DNA from: an uncultured archaeon
Lineage (GTDB): Archaea > Asgardarchaeota > Lokiarchaeia > Sigyniarchaeales > SOKP01
Length of the DNA stretch: 37,192 nucleotides
Assembly: GCA_964388035.1 (NCBI GenBank)
Contig: CAYLZE010000045.1
Span: 1-37,192 of the forward strand
Direction of reading: 5' to 3'
Part shown: positions 27,666 through 37,192 of the stretch, piece after piece
How the letters are laid out: each line of letters opens with the position of its first letter
Numbering within the stretch: the first letter of the stretch is position 1
The notes under the pieces: model-generated
Database searches by the model: none
What the model saw: only the letters and a program-made list of their open reading frames with translations
Told to the model about the DNA's origin: nothing
Made by a program: the position numbers and the translations under genes

Positions 27666-28550
27666 TTGCTTACGATCATTTTTCCTATCTTTCTGATGAT
27701 AGGAATTGGAGTAATTCTGGATAAAGCTTTCGAATTGGACTTATCTACCTTATCCAAGATCAATTTCTATGTTTTTGTCCCTGCTTTATTATTCATAAAG
27801 ATTATTTCTACAAATATCAGTTTAAACGAAATGGTTAGCGTGGTAATATTTAGCGTCATCCATTTCGCACTTTTGTTGTTTATTTCAATTCTCCTTTTTT
27901 CTCTAATATTTTTTAGGGAAAATAGAAATACGCTTATTTTAGGGACGATCTTAACCAATGTGGGAAATTATGGCATCCCGTTAGTTTTATTTGCGTTTGG
28001 AGAATCCTACTTGGATATCCTCGCTGTTTTGATAATGATACAAAACATACTCACTTTCACTCTCGGTCCTTATTTATTAAAAAAGGAAGGAAGAAATATC
28101 AAGGAGCTATTGAAAGAATTTCTTAAAATCCCTTCCCTATATGCAATTATTATTGCTCTATTCTTTAATGCTTATGATATCAAACTGATTCCCCTCATTG
28201 AAAATCCATTAACAATAATTGCTGACGGGTTGATTTCCATGGCCCTCATAACTTTGGGGATTCAATTATCCCGAATAAAAATGAAAAAAAATCTCCGCGA
28301 AATAAGTAGCGTGGTAATATTAAGATTAGTTATCTCTCCCCTCTTGGCTTTGGCGGTAGCATTATTGCTCGGACTTTCTGAATTACTTTCGGTCGTCTTA
28401 ATCATTGCGTCAGGGTTTCCCTCGGCAGTTAACTCATATATTTTAGCATTAGAGTACGATAATAATTTTGAATTGGCAAGCCAGTTAATCTTTTGGAGCA
28501 CCATATTAAGTGCTATTAGCATTCCCATCCTAATTTTAGTCCTAAATTAA
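27666..28550 (+). CDS. AEC (auxin efflux carrier/malate permease) family transporter
   Basis: FYVFVPALLF, NVGNYGIP, LITLG, LRLVISP and PSAVN. Confidence 0.9.
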   Translation: MLTIIFPIFLMIGIGVILDKAFELDLSTLSKINFYVFVPALLFIKIISTNISLNEMVSVVIFSVIHFALLLFISILLFSLIFFRENRNTLILGTILTNVGNYGIPLVLFAFGESYLDILAVLIMIQNILTFTLGPYLLKKEGRNIKELLKEFLKIPSLYAIIIALFFNAYDIKLIPLIENPLTIIADGLISMALITLGIQLSRIKMKKNLREISSVVILRLVISPLLALAVALLLGLSELLSVVLIIASGFPSAVNSYILALEYDNNFELASQLIFWSTILSAISIPILILVLN

Positions 28551-28566
28551 TGGTTTCATGTGATGA

Positions 28567-29421
28567 TTAGGAAAGACCAAAAATTCTCTTAGCATTTTTA
28601 AAAAAAATATTTTCGTAAAAACCTCGAGGTAAATCCAATTTTAACAATCCTTCTGTCGAAAATTCATAATGATAAGGAATATTTGGAAAATCACTTCCAT
28701 ATAAGATACGATCTTGATAACTGATCAATTCTTCTGGTGTTGGACGCTGAAGCTTTCTCTCGGGAAAGATATTATCGGGAATATAAATCATGGCCGTATC
28801 TAAATAAAGATTCGCGTATTTATCTAACAAATTTAAGAATTTCTTGTATTCGAACGCTCCCAGATGAGCAACAATTACTTGCACGTTTGGATATTTCTCT
28901 AAAAACGGGACAAAATATTTATATCCCACATATTGATTACGATAGGGGGCCGTCCCTACGTGAAAGCATATCCATTTGCCTTTATCCACGATTAAATCAT
29001 AAATTCTGAGCATTCTCTCATCTAGGGGAAAAAAATTCTGAACTAATAATTGTAATTTAATCCCATAGAAATTATACTCATCAAACATCTTGGATACATA
29101 TTCCTCCTTGTCATGATCATCCGGCCAGACACACCCAAAGGGAATAGCCTCTTCATGTGCCATGGCACATTCATGAGTCCAATTATTAATATATTCAGCA
29201 ACTCCTTGCTTATGAGCATAATTGTAGATGGTATAATTTTTAACATTCTTACTCCATAAAACAGATATTAATTGCTCAGGTGATAATTTATAATGGATGG
29301 GCCATCCTTTCACGACCCCTTTTTCAGGTCTTTCGAAATAATTCCAAATTGCCTGAAAAATCTTTGGGGGAAATAAATGAACGTGAGCATCAATGAATTC
29401 GAAATCACCATGAGTATACAT
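28567..29421 (-). CDS. Amidohydrolase_2 family metal-dependent hydrolase
   Basis: IDAHVH, GIKL, FHVG, VAHLG, LYLDTA and ILYGSDFP. Confidence 0.92.
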   Translation of the reverse strand: MYTHGDFEFIDAHVHLFPPKIFQAIWNYFERPEKGVVKGWPIHYKLSPEQLISVLWSKNVKNYTIYNYAHKQGVAEYINNWTHECAMAHEEAIPFGCVWPDDHDKEEYVSKMFDEYNFYGIKLQLLVQNFFPLDERMLRIYDLIVDKGKWICFHVGTAPYRNQYVGYKYFVPFLEKYPNVQVIVAHLGAFEYKKFLNLLDKYANLYLDTAMIYIPDNIFPERKLQRPTPEELISYQDRILYGSDFPNIPYHYEFSTEGLLKLDLPRGFYENIFFKNAKRIFGLS

Positions 29422-29606
29422 TATAGGATAAAAAACGGGCTATTTTATAATTGTTATTATTTCTATTCAATAAATAAATCCCTATATTACAATTTTTTTC
29501 TTATTCAAACATAGAAAAAATTTAAAGATACTTCCATTTCATAAGGACTTCGATTCTTTACAACCAAAATAGAAAATAAAAAGGAAAGAAAAAAAAAGAC
29601 TTAAAT

Positions 29607-29762
29607 TTACTCTCTTCTTGCTATAGATGTCAACTCTGATTTTAAAAGGTCTCTAATAGCAATTCTTATTACTTCTGATCGGTTTGGATACAGGTTTTGG
29701 TTTACTAATCTCTCTATTCCGTCAATATATGCTTCGGGAATATGACAGGTTATCAGTTTCAT
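29607..29762 (-). CDS. Ribbon-helix-helix (CopG/CdrS-like) DNA-binding protein, 51 aa; absent from the ORF track
   Basis: Manual translation gives MKLITCHIPEAYIDGIERLVNQNLYPNRSEVIRIAIRDLLKSELTSIARRE, with AAGGAG upstream. Confidence 0.88.
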   Translation of the reverse strand: MKLITCHIPEAYIDGIERLVNQNLYPNRSEVIRIAIRDLLKSELTSIARRE

Positions 29763-29916
29763 GAATATTGTGCTCCTTATTTAGTTTAATTTTATTTCGT
29801 TAATTCAATGATGTGAGTATAGGGATAAATATTCATATAATATAACGATAATACTGATTTGCTCTGGTTAAATAGTTGAAAAAAATTGAAATAAATTAAA
29901 GAATAAAAAAAAATAC

Positions 29917-30909
29917 TTATTGATTTATCTTAGGGGAAGGAGTTGGGTTAGGTATTTTATTCTTTTTCCAGTACTTATGAATATAGTAAATGGCAACTAA
30001 TCCTATAAAGGGGATAATGAGGTAAAGGCTCACTGTTATGGCTAAATTGCCGGAATAAGTGCTCGTAATTTTATACACGACAGTTCCATAAACATCCTTT
30101 ACTGTGAACGTATCTAAAGTACCTTGACTTCCAAAGGTCACATCCACTTCTAGAAGAGCTTTACCCAATTTCCGGAATATTAACGTATTCCCATCAACTC
30201 TTACATTAGCACTGCAATCCAGAGCTCCAACCAAGTTTATTAAGTAATCGCTAATCGGTTGGGCAAGAATTAATCCATTTAGAACTAGTTCCCATAGAAA
30301 TTCATCAGGAGTGAATCTGGGAAGTTCTAAGTCGAGGAATCTGATTAAATATTTTCTATTAATATCCGAGATTAAATCATTATAAGAATTCAAAGCATAA
30401 CCATAATCTTCCGGATTCTGAAAAACAGCCATTGAATATCTGGTATTATTTGCCGTTTCATTAAAACTTCCTCCGACAAAATCCCATTTGGATTGGAATA
30501 AATTCCAGATGGGAAAGGTTCGATCATACGTATCATTTATGTATTCTCTATCAAAATCTAAACTCGCAACTAATGCAGCTACCATGAAAGAAACTTCTGG
30601 ACCATAAATCATGGGAAGAAATAATTGTGAAAACACATCATACATTCCCCAAGACCAGTTATATAATCCTCGAGTTGTCGCTTTACTCCGTGCTCCACTT
30701 TTATTACAATCCCCCACAAACCAGCCTGTAACCGTCTTTGCCCACTCTTTTTCATTATATGGTTGAACTTCATACGTTTGAGTTCCTTTTTTTACTGCAA
30801 TTTCATAATATGATTTTTGACCCAATACATTAGAAGCCATTCCTATTGCCATCATAAATAATAAAAGAATGCAAGTTGCTTTCTTGAGCTTGCTTTTTTT
30901 ATTTCTCAT
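29917..30909 (-). CDS. Secreted protein with C-terminal membrane anchor
   Basis: Basic N-terminus plus signal peptide, C-terminal TM and basic tail. It is the last gene of the ABC operon. Confidence 0.75.
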   Translation of the reverse strand: MRNKKSKLKKATCILLLFMMAIGMASNVLGQKSYYEIAVKKGTQTYEVQPYNEKEWAKTVTGWFVGDCNKSGARSKATTRGLYNWSWGMYDVFSQLFLPMIYGPEVSFMVAALVASLDFDREYINDTYDRTFPIWNLFQSKWDFVGGSFNETANNTRYSMAVFQNPEDYGYALNSYNDLISDINRKYLIRFLDLELPRFTPDEFLWELVLNGLILAQPISDYLINLVGALDCSANVRVDGNTLIFRKLGKALLEVDVTFGSQGTLDTFTVKDVYGTVVYKITSTYSGNLAITVSLYLIIPFIGLVAIYYIHKYWKKNKIPNPTPSPKINQ

Positions 30910-30926
30910 TTCTTAGATCCTCCATA

Positions 30927-31772
30927 TTATAATTGCCTCCTCGTAAAAATTAATGTAGCTACCACCAAACATATTATCATGTACAGAAGCATTACTATAA
31001 TTCCCGTTTCAATGGTTGGAACTATCCACGTTCTTATCCTGAAATTTTGATTTCCAAATTCCATGTATCTATCCTCTGTTTTCGTTGGAAACTTTAATTC
31101 TAATACGTACGGGATTAGATTGCTTATGTAAGATAAATCCCATATCGGTTCAATATCTGGATTGTTGAGTACAACAATTTGACTTACGATGCTGTACACG
31201 ATTAATAACAAGATGATAGTAATTACGATGGTCAAATTTACATTTGGCATGAAGGAACTGAAAAAGGTGACAAAAGAAGTCACTGCTAACAAATATAAGA
31301 AAGCCATTAGAAAGGATAGAAAAAAACGAGAAATGATAGGACCGCCATAATAGTATATTCCGATTACTCCTAAAACAAGGTAATAAAATCCAATGACGCC
31401 TGTCAACAAGGTCAAATTGCCAAAATACTTACCAATTGCAAGTTTATACTTGCTAATTTTAGGAAATACAATAAATCCCGTTTTATCACTATATTCTGAG
31501 CAGATGATTCCCGCGTAAAAGAATCCGCCTCCAAAAATAATAAACCAATTCATGAAGCCCAAACCACTTTGAAGATAAATCCATTGTGCAGAAGAAATTT
31601 CATCTTGAGGAACAATTGCGTAAGGCACTATTCCTGTTAAAATTAATATGGCTACTGTGACGATTAAAAATACTAAAAAGTGTTTTTTATGTTTTTTTAA
31701 CTCAAAAATATAAGTATGATAAATTGGTTTAACTATATAATAGGGTTGCCTTAAAACATCTTTGACGTTCAT
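30927..31772 (-). CDS. ABC-2 type transporter permease
   Basis: 6 TMs, ICSEYSDKTG...KISKYKLAIGKY and C-terminal FTRRQL. Confidence 0.88.
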   Translation of the reverse strand: MNVKDVLRQPYYIVKPIYHTYIFELKKHKKHFLVFLIVTVAILILTGIVPYAIVPQDEISSAQWIYLQSGLGFMNWFIIFGGGFFYAGIICSEYSDKTGFIVFPKISKYKLAIGKYFGNLTLLTGVIGFYYLVLGVIGIYYYGGPIISRFFLSFLMAFLYLLAVTSFVTFFSSFMPNVNLTIVITIILLLIVYSIVSQIVVLNNPDIEPIWDLSYISNLIPYVLELKFPTKTEDRYMEFGNQNFRIRTWIVPTIETGIIVMLLYMIICLVVATLIFTRRQL

Positions 31773-32815
31773 TTTTTCCTTCCCCCTTTCTTGTTTTCTG
31801 CTTTTTCATCATCATCCGTTATCATTTGGGAATAAATTTCCTCCAATTGAGAGGTTCTCGGTCTAGTATAGGATACTACCGTAAAATCTGATTCAAAATC
31901 CTTGATTAAAACTTTTAAAATTTCCGCTCTCACATCTTTTGAACCATCATAGAATATTTGAAAGATTTGTTCTTGCGGAACGTATTTTATTGGAATCTTA
32001 GAAACATTAGGATCTAAAGTTTTATCCAAGTAAGGGTCCAGCGCAGTAGTTAGACGTTTAATTATATTTCCCAAATTTTCAGGAACGATGGGATTTAATA
32101 CTTCACATTCAATTTCCCTTCTCTTAAGAGTCTTATCGAGATTTTCTATGGTATCAAATGCCACTATTTTTCCGTGGTTGAGCAAGGCTATCCTATCACA
32201 TACCTCAGAAATCTCATATAATAGATGTGATGCTACAAATATGGTTTTTCCTTGACCATGAAGAAATTTAAGAAATTGCCTCACTTCAATTCTTGCTTTC
32301 GGGTCCAATCCAGTTTGGGGCTCATCTAAAATGATGAATGATGGATCATGTATTATGGCTTGAGCAATTCCCAACTTTTGTTTCATTCCCTTCGAAAATT
32401 TACCCACCTTTTTATGTTTCCAATCCGTTAAACGAAATAGGAATAGAAGCTCATCAATACGCGCATCTATTTTACTTCTTGGATAATTTCGAAGTAAAGC
32501 AAAGTATTTTAGTAAATCATTGGCTGACATGTCATAAAATTCAGGAATATCAATTAAGAACCCTGTCTCAATCAAATTTCGGGAATGTAAACGCAAGTTT
32601 TCTAATTCACCGCCCCGACTTTTTAGTAATATTCTTCCAGAACTGGGACGCAACAATTTTGCAATCATCTTGATCGTGGTGGTCTTACCGGCTCCATTTG
32701 GACCAACTAATCCTATAATTTCTCCCTCGTTAACCTCCAAGTTGATATTATCTACAGCTTTCAAATCTCCAAAGTTTTTTGAAAGATTTTCTAACTTAAT
32801 TACTGGTACGGACAT
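31769..32815 (-). CDS. ABC transporter ATP-binding protein
   Basis: GPNGAGKTT, FSKGMKQK, ILDEP and SH. Confidence 0.95.
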   Translation of the reverse strand: MSVPVIKLENLSKNFGDLKAVDNINLEVNEGEIIGLVGPNGAGKTTTIKMIAKLLRPSSGRILLKSRGGELENLRLHSRNLIETGFLIDIPEFYDMSANDLLKYFALLRNYPRSKIDARIDELLFLFRLTDWKHKKVGKFSKGMKQKLGIAQAIIHDPSFIILDEPQTGLDPKARIEVRQFLKFLHGQGKTIFVASHLLYEISEVCDRIALLNHGKIVAFDTIENLDKTLKRREIECEVLNPIVPENLGNIIKRLTTALDPYLDKTLDPNVSKIPIKYVPQEQIFQIFYDGSKDVRAEILKVLIKDFESDFTVVSYTRPRTSQLEEIYSQMITDDDEKAENKKGGRKK

Positions 32816-33104
32816 TTGTACATTGATTTCTTTTTTTTTATTAAATTTATTATATAAATCATTTAATATTTTAATGAAATATTGTTAAAATATTAGTAGT
32901 CCAATATTTCATAATAATTTTATCGTATTGGATTTGCACACTAATTCAATATTAAATGACTTTTTATAGTACTTTACTATGTGCCAAAATTAGTGTGAAT
33001 ATAAATGATTCTATTTTAACTTAATAACTTCTTTACATTCCAATTAAAAATTAATTAAACAATGTAAAGGAAAAAAAAGGAGTGTGCCTTAAAGTGTAAT
33101 GAAA

Positions 33105-34016
33105 CTATTTCATCTCCAAATCTTTAATCCTTCTGGTTTCCTTTTTTGCCTCCTTATGAGTAGGATCCATCTGTAGTACCTTTTGAAAGCATTCCATTGC
33201 TTCTTCATTTTTCCCCAGTTCACTAAGAGCTAATCCCTTGTTGAAAATGGAATTTTTATGATTAGGATCAATTTCCAATGCCTTTTCATAGCATTCAATC
33301 GCCTCCTTCCATTCTCGTCTCATCGCATGAGCATATCCGAGGTCATTCCACATGTTAGGATCTAATGGTTTGATTTCAATTGCTTGTTTGAAATACTTTA
33401 TCGCTTCCCGTTCATCTTGTCGGATGGTTAAGGCAAGTCCCATGTTATATAAGATTTCGGCATCATTAGGAGCTAAATTTAATAACTCTTTAAACGTTTT
33501 TACTGCTTCTTTTCCTTTCCTTTCACCCAAGTAATAACTACCTAGTCGCTTTAAAACAGATTCGTTGGTTGGATCTAAGGTTATCACTTTTTCATAATTT
33601 AAAATAGCATTACTTTTATCATTTAAATCATCATACAAGAGAGCTAAGTTGAGGAATGAGTCTTTATGCTTAGGATCCAGCTCTAAAACTTTTTTAAACG
33701 CTTCTATTGCTTTCTTTTTATCCCCTGCCTTGTTATAAGCAACTCCTAAATTATACCATGTTTCCTTATCATCTGCTTTAATCGTTATTATTTTTTTATG
33801 ACAATCAATTTCTTTGTTGAATTCTCCCAATTTATTATAACATAACCCCAAATTGTTTAGAAAATCCACATTTTCGGGATAAGCTTTTAGGACTTCTTGG
33901 AAACACTTGGAAGCTTCATTAAAATTATTTTCCTCAAAGAATTTAATTCCTAATTCTGCCCATTCAGAAATGGTTTTTCCATCAATTTTATTACTAATAT
34001 CAATCCCTATTTTCAA
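33105..34016 (-). CDS. Tetratricopeptide repeat protein (~8 TPRs)
   Basis: Repeated W/Y..LG..Y......A...F/Y.KA/V.E.DP units with 34-aa period. Confidence 0.93.
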   Translation of the reverse strand: MKIGIDISNKIDGKTISEWAELGIKFFEENNFNEASKCFQEVLKAYPENVDFLNNLGLCYNKLGEFNKEIDCHKKIITIKADDKETWYNLGVAYNKAGDKKKAIEAFKKVLELDPKHKDSFLNLALLYDDLNDKSNAILNYEKVITLDPTNESVLKRLGSYYLGERKGKEAVKTFKELLNLAPNDAEILYNMGLALTIRQDEREAIKYFKQAIEIKPLDPNMWNDLGYAHAMRREWKEAIECYEKALEIDPNHKNSIFNKGLALSELGKNEEAMECFQKVLQMDPTHKEAKKETRRIKDLEMK

Positions 34017-34133
34017 ATGAATAATGAACTATAAAAGAAGTAAAATTTAAAACTTTAATATATTGGGAATTCTAGAAATAATCAGAATTCTTATTAATGA
34101 AAAGAAGAATTAATTTCAAAGTAGATGTGAATT

Positions 34134-34970
34134 ATGAAATCAAATTCAAAGTTAAATATTCTTGTAATTATAGCTCATCACGATGATGCAGCCTTCGTTT
34201 GTGGAGGGACCCTCGCAAGATGGGCAGAAGAGGGACATGATATACATGTAATAAGTGTAACAAGTAGTGATATCGGAACCTTAAAAACCGGCATTTCGAA
34301 AAAAGAGCTCGGAGAAAAGTGCGAGAAAGAGCTGATAGCTGCCAATGAAATTCTTGGTATAAAAGATACGATTTTCTTGCGATTTCCGGATGGTGGTTTC
34401 ATTGATGGCGCAAAATTGCGGGAAAGATTGATATATCACGTGAGGAAACTTAAAGCAGATCGAATTTTAACTTTAGATCCATGGCAGCCTTATGAAGTGC
34501 ATCCCGATCACACGATAGTAGGACGAATGGCTTCTGAAGCAGGAGCTTTTGCCGCCTTTCCATTATTACATGAAGAGCATCTTCAAGAAGGAGTAGAACC
34601 TTATAATTGTTCGGAAGTGTGGTTTATGGGAAGACTTGGTCATTCTCCGAACTATTATGTTGATATTTCTTCCACTTTTGAAAAAAAAGTGGAACATGCA
34701 TTAAAATTTGAATCCACTTTTGAATTACTCTCCATATTTTTTTCTTCCGAAGTCGATCCACTTCACGTTACTCAAGAAGATCTGAAAAAACTTAAAAAGC
34801 TGGCGAAAAACCTATTGAATGCATTAGCTTCTGCTCTCGGTAAAAAAGTTGGCTTGAAAATAGCAGAAGCTTTTTTTATTCAAAAAACCTTACCCGGACA
34901 TTTTGATAACTTTAGGGAGATGACTTTAGAGATGCTAGGAACTCCTCCTGAAAAGCCAACCGTTGAATAG
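34134..34970 (+). CDS. PIG-L/LmbE family deacetylase
   Basis: AHHDD, GGTLA, FPDG, HPDH and YVDIS. Confidence 0.9.
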   Translation: MKSNSKLNILVIIAHHDDAAFVCGGTLARWAEEGHDIHVISVTSSDIGTLKTGISKKELGEKCEKELIAANEILGIKDTIFLRFPDGGFIDGAKLRERLIYHVRKLKADRILTLDPWQPYEVHPDHTIVGRMASEAGAFAAFPLLHEEHLQEGVEPYNCSEVWFMGRLGHSPNYYVDISSTFEKKVEHALKFESTFELLSIFFSSEVDPLHVTQEDLKKLKKLAKNLLNALASALGKKVGLKIAEAFFIQKTLPGHFDNFREMTLEMLGTPPEKPTVE

Positions 34971-35522
34971 AGACTGCATTTTGAATTTTTGGATGGAACA
35001 AGAAGATTTTTTCCCCGACTAAATTCCTATTCGTTTAAATCCTCATCTCGTTCTGAAAATACATGGCATCTATAGTAAAATGTACCTCTTATAAGAATAA
35101 TAAGAAAAAATGGGATTACTAACTTTTTTCCGATTTCTCACCACGTACCTTTAATATTTTTCCAAACTTTTTAGTTGCATTGGGAGGTTGATTTTCCAAT
35201 AGAGCCCTTCTGAGCTGGAACTGATCCTGCTGCCACCCAAGCGTCTAATCGTTCGGGAATATATATCATGCTATTCGTGCTGGGGCTGTATTCCATGAAG
35301 ACCGGACTAACCTCTCCAAATAAATGTTCAAAAGGAGGAATTAATTGAATTTTTTTTATTTCATCTGAGCCCATATCTTTCATTCTTCCCCCAGTAAGTT
35401 CGCAGGAGCTTTGAATTTCAACTGCTGTTTTTAAATCGTTTTAATTAATGTTTATGAATCATTAAAACTTCTTGCCCATAATTACTTTCATAATTGAATA
35501 ATAATTGAAATTTCTAAATTAA

Positions 35523-36362
35523 ATGGGATATTATGGTGAAATGAAAAATATGGATGAGCAAAAACAAGGGAAAATGATTCTTGTATTATCTCTTCTTGTA
35601 TTAATATTACTTTTTATAACAAGTTATGCAGGAATTTTTATTCCGGAGACTTACGCCAGAAATACGCAATCCTTCAGAGCACAAGGAATTGGTCAAGATA
35701 TCGTGAACTTATTTATTATTATTCCTCTTTTTTTGATTGCCACTATTTTGTACTATAAGGGAAATAAAAGAGCGATTTTAATTTGGGGTGGAGTTCTACT
35801 CTATTTAATCTATTCCTTCGTAATATATTGTCTTGCGCAACCTTTTAACTTTTTATTCTTGGTATACTGTGCTATTCTCGGGTTATCATTTTATTCCGGA
35901 TTATATTTCATGCTCACAATGATTAATAAACCGATAAAAAGCTGGTATAAAGGGGAGATTCCCGTAAAACTGGTTAGTACTTTCTTCATTGTGGTTGCCA
36001 TTTTATTTTATTTTGTATGGCTCTCGGAAGTGATCCCCGCTTCAATCAACAATGAAGTACCCCAGAGCGTGATTGAGAATGGCGTTAACACTAATCCGGT
36101 GCACGTATTAGATTTGAGCATTCTATTACCTGCTTTATTAATAACGGCAATATTATTGCTAAAAGGTCACAAATTTGGATATTTATTAACCCCGATCTTA
36201 CTTATATTTTTTATCTTGATGACATTGGCAATCTTAGGAATGGTCCTTGCAATGAGTCTTGAAGGTGTAGCTGCAGATATCGGATTGACCGTTATATTTC
36301 TGGTGATTACCGTGATTAGTGCATTAATTGCTCTGGTCATCTTTAAACCTATTAAGAATTAA
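35523..36362 (+). CDS. Multi-pass membrane protein of unknown function
   Basis: About 8 TMs, AQGIGQD and NPVHVLDL. Confidence 0.8.
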   Translation: MGYYGEMKNMDEQKQGKMILVLSLLVLILLFITSYAGIFIPETYARNTQSFRAQGIGQDIVNLFIIIPLFLIATILYYKGNKRAILIWGGVLLYLIYSFVIYCLAQPFNFLFLVYCAILGLSFYSGLYFMLTMINKPIKSWYKGEIPVKLVSTFFIVVAILFYFVWLSEVIPASINNEVPQSVIENGVNTNPVHVLDLSILLPALLITAILLLKGHKFGYLLTPILLIFFILMTLAILGMVLAMSLEGVAADIGLTVIFLVITVISALIALVIFKPIKN

Positions 36363-36530
36363 TGATTTTTTAAAAGAGATTAAATAATTAGCTGAGTATT
36401 AAAAATTTAAATAATTTTTTTTTAAAATCCTAATTTCTATTCGATTTAAGGCTTAAGAATTAAGTAATTAATCACATGAACTACGGGAAAAATTAAAAAG
36501 AATTAAAAAAAAAGTAAAACTATAATATTA

Positions 36531-36603
36531 GGAGTGCTGTAAAAAAGTTGGGTTTAATCATGCGGCCCATGATGTATTTATACCTCACACTTTTAGGCAC
36601 TCC
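36531..36603. other. Long imperfect intergenic hairpin
   Basis: Nested inverted repeats GGAGTGC/GCACTCC, AAAAGT/ACTTTT, TGGGT/ACC(T)CA and ATCATG/CATGAT. Confidence 0.6.
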
Positions 36604-36625
36604 ACTTCTATTATAATCTTGATAA

Positions 36626-37087
36626 TTAATTATTCTGGGTATTATCAAATTCATTATCTTGTACTTCAAGCATTTGCTGTAATCTTTTTTCAAGTTTTAT
36701 TTCTAAGATTCCCTTGTCAATACGTGACTTAATCGTTTGTAAGTCCACGTCTGGAGGTAAGGGAATGTCCATGTTCACATCAATGAATTCAAAAAATTGG
36801 CGGGCATATTTGAACTTTTGATTCTCGTCTACCTTTTCAATTGGCGCATTTTTCCTGGTCCGCTTCGGTTTTGCTGCTTTAACATTCAGCAAATTACCAA
36901 TTAATAGCACCTCAATGTCCTCCTTCGTGCGTCCTGGTAGTAATACCTGTATTAAATATTTTTTTCCTAGATCTTCCATGTTATAGGGGACGAATGATCC
37001 TTGTTTTACAAAGTATTTTCTCATGTATTTCCTCGCCATTGGAGTTATGATCGCAATATTTTGGCAATCATATTTTAAATCGTGCAT
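36626..37087 (-). CDS. Small heat-shock protein (Hsp20/alpha-crystallin family)
   Basis: Y.I...LPG.TKEDIEV, IPLP.DVD...IKS and GILEIKLEK. Confidence 0.88.
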   Translation of the reverse strand: MHDLKYDCQNIAIITPMARKYMRKYFVKQGSFVPYNMEDLGKKYLIQVLLPGRTKEDIEVLLIGNLLNVKAAKPKRTRKNAPIEKVDENQKFKYARQFFEFIDVNMDIPLPPDVDLQTIKSRIDKGILEIKLEKRLQQMLEVQDNEFDNTQNN

Positions 37088-37192
37088 TTTTTATTTACCT
37101 CGTGCTCTTTTTTAACTTTTTAAAACAATTCAAAATATTTTTACCACCCTAAAAAAAATGAAGATAGAAGTGTACTCAAGCTAAATAAGAAT

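Noticed and set aside
27836-28321. Exact 15-nt repeat TAGCGTGGTAATATT (27836-27850 and 28307-28321)
   Set aside because: It falls at similar positions in the two halves of an internally repeated AEC transporter, with no sign of a mobile element.
1443-34402. Numerous short ORFs antisense to or overlapping the long genes
   Set aside because: These are shadow frames of well-supported CDSs and carry no motifs.
35171-35383. 70-aa minus-strand ORF
   Set aside because: No recognisable motif. It could be a small gene or fragment, but the evidence is insufficient.

Overview
This is an AT-rich archaeal chromosomal segment, most likely from an Asgard archaeon of the Lokiarchaeia type. The inference rests on archaeal uS13-uS4-uS11 genes, a eukaryote-type SECIS hairpin and the gene content. 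The ORF track hides three main things. (1) nadE (NAD+ synthetase) is split by a 30-nt stop-containing insert (19136-19165) that folds with its flanks into a bulge-helix-bulge splicing-endonuclease substrate. Cutting at the canonical bulge positions restores the conserved ...FTKHGD|GGVD... motif exactly, so this is a candidate tRNA-type intron in an mRNA. (2) The uS13 gene appears to carry a second, more degenerate 38-nt intron candidate just after an out-of-frame ATG, with the same AU^AUUGG 5' junction. (3) A hdrA-mvhD selenoprotein operon has three in-frame UGA codons at conserved Cys positions and one AUGA_AA_GA SECIS immediately after mvhD, followed by an FrhB-family gene. The window also holds serS, a non-pyrrolysine MttB/corrinoid/MttB cluster with a PLP lyase and MFS transporter, an enolase-family enzyme, a solitary DNA amino-methyltransferase, an MtaA/UroD-family methyltransferase, an ABC-2 exporter module, an unannotated RHH regulator, TPR, PIG-L and Hsp20 genes, and several hypotheticals. 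No tRNA, rRNA, CRISPR array or transposase was seen.
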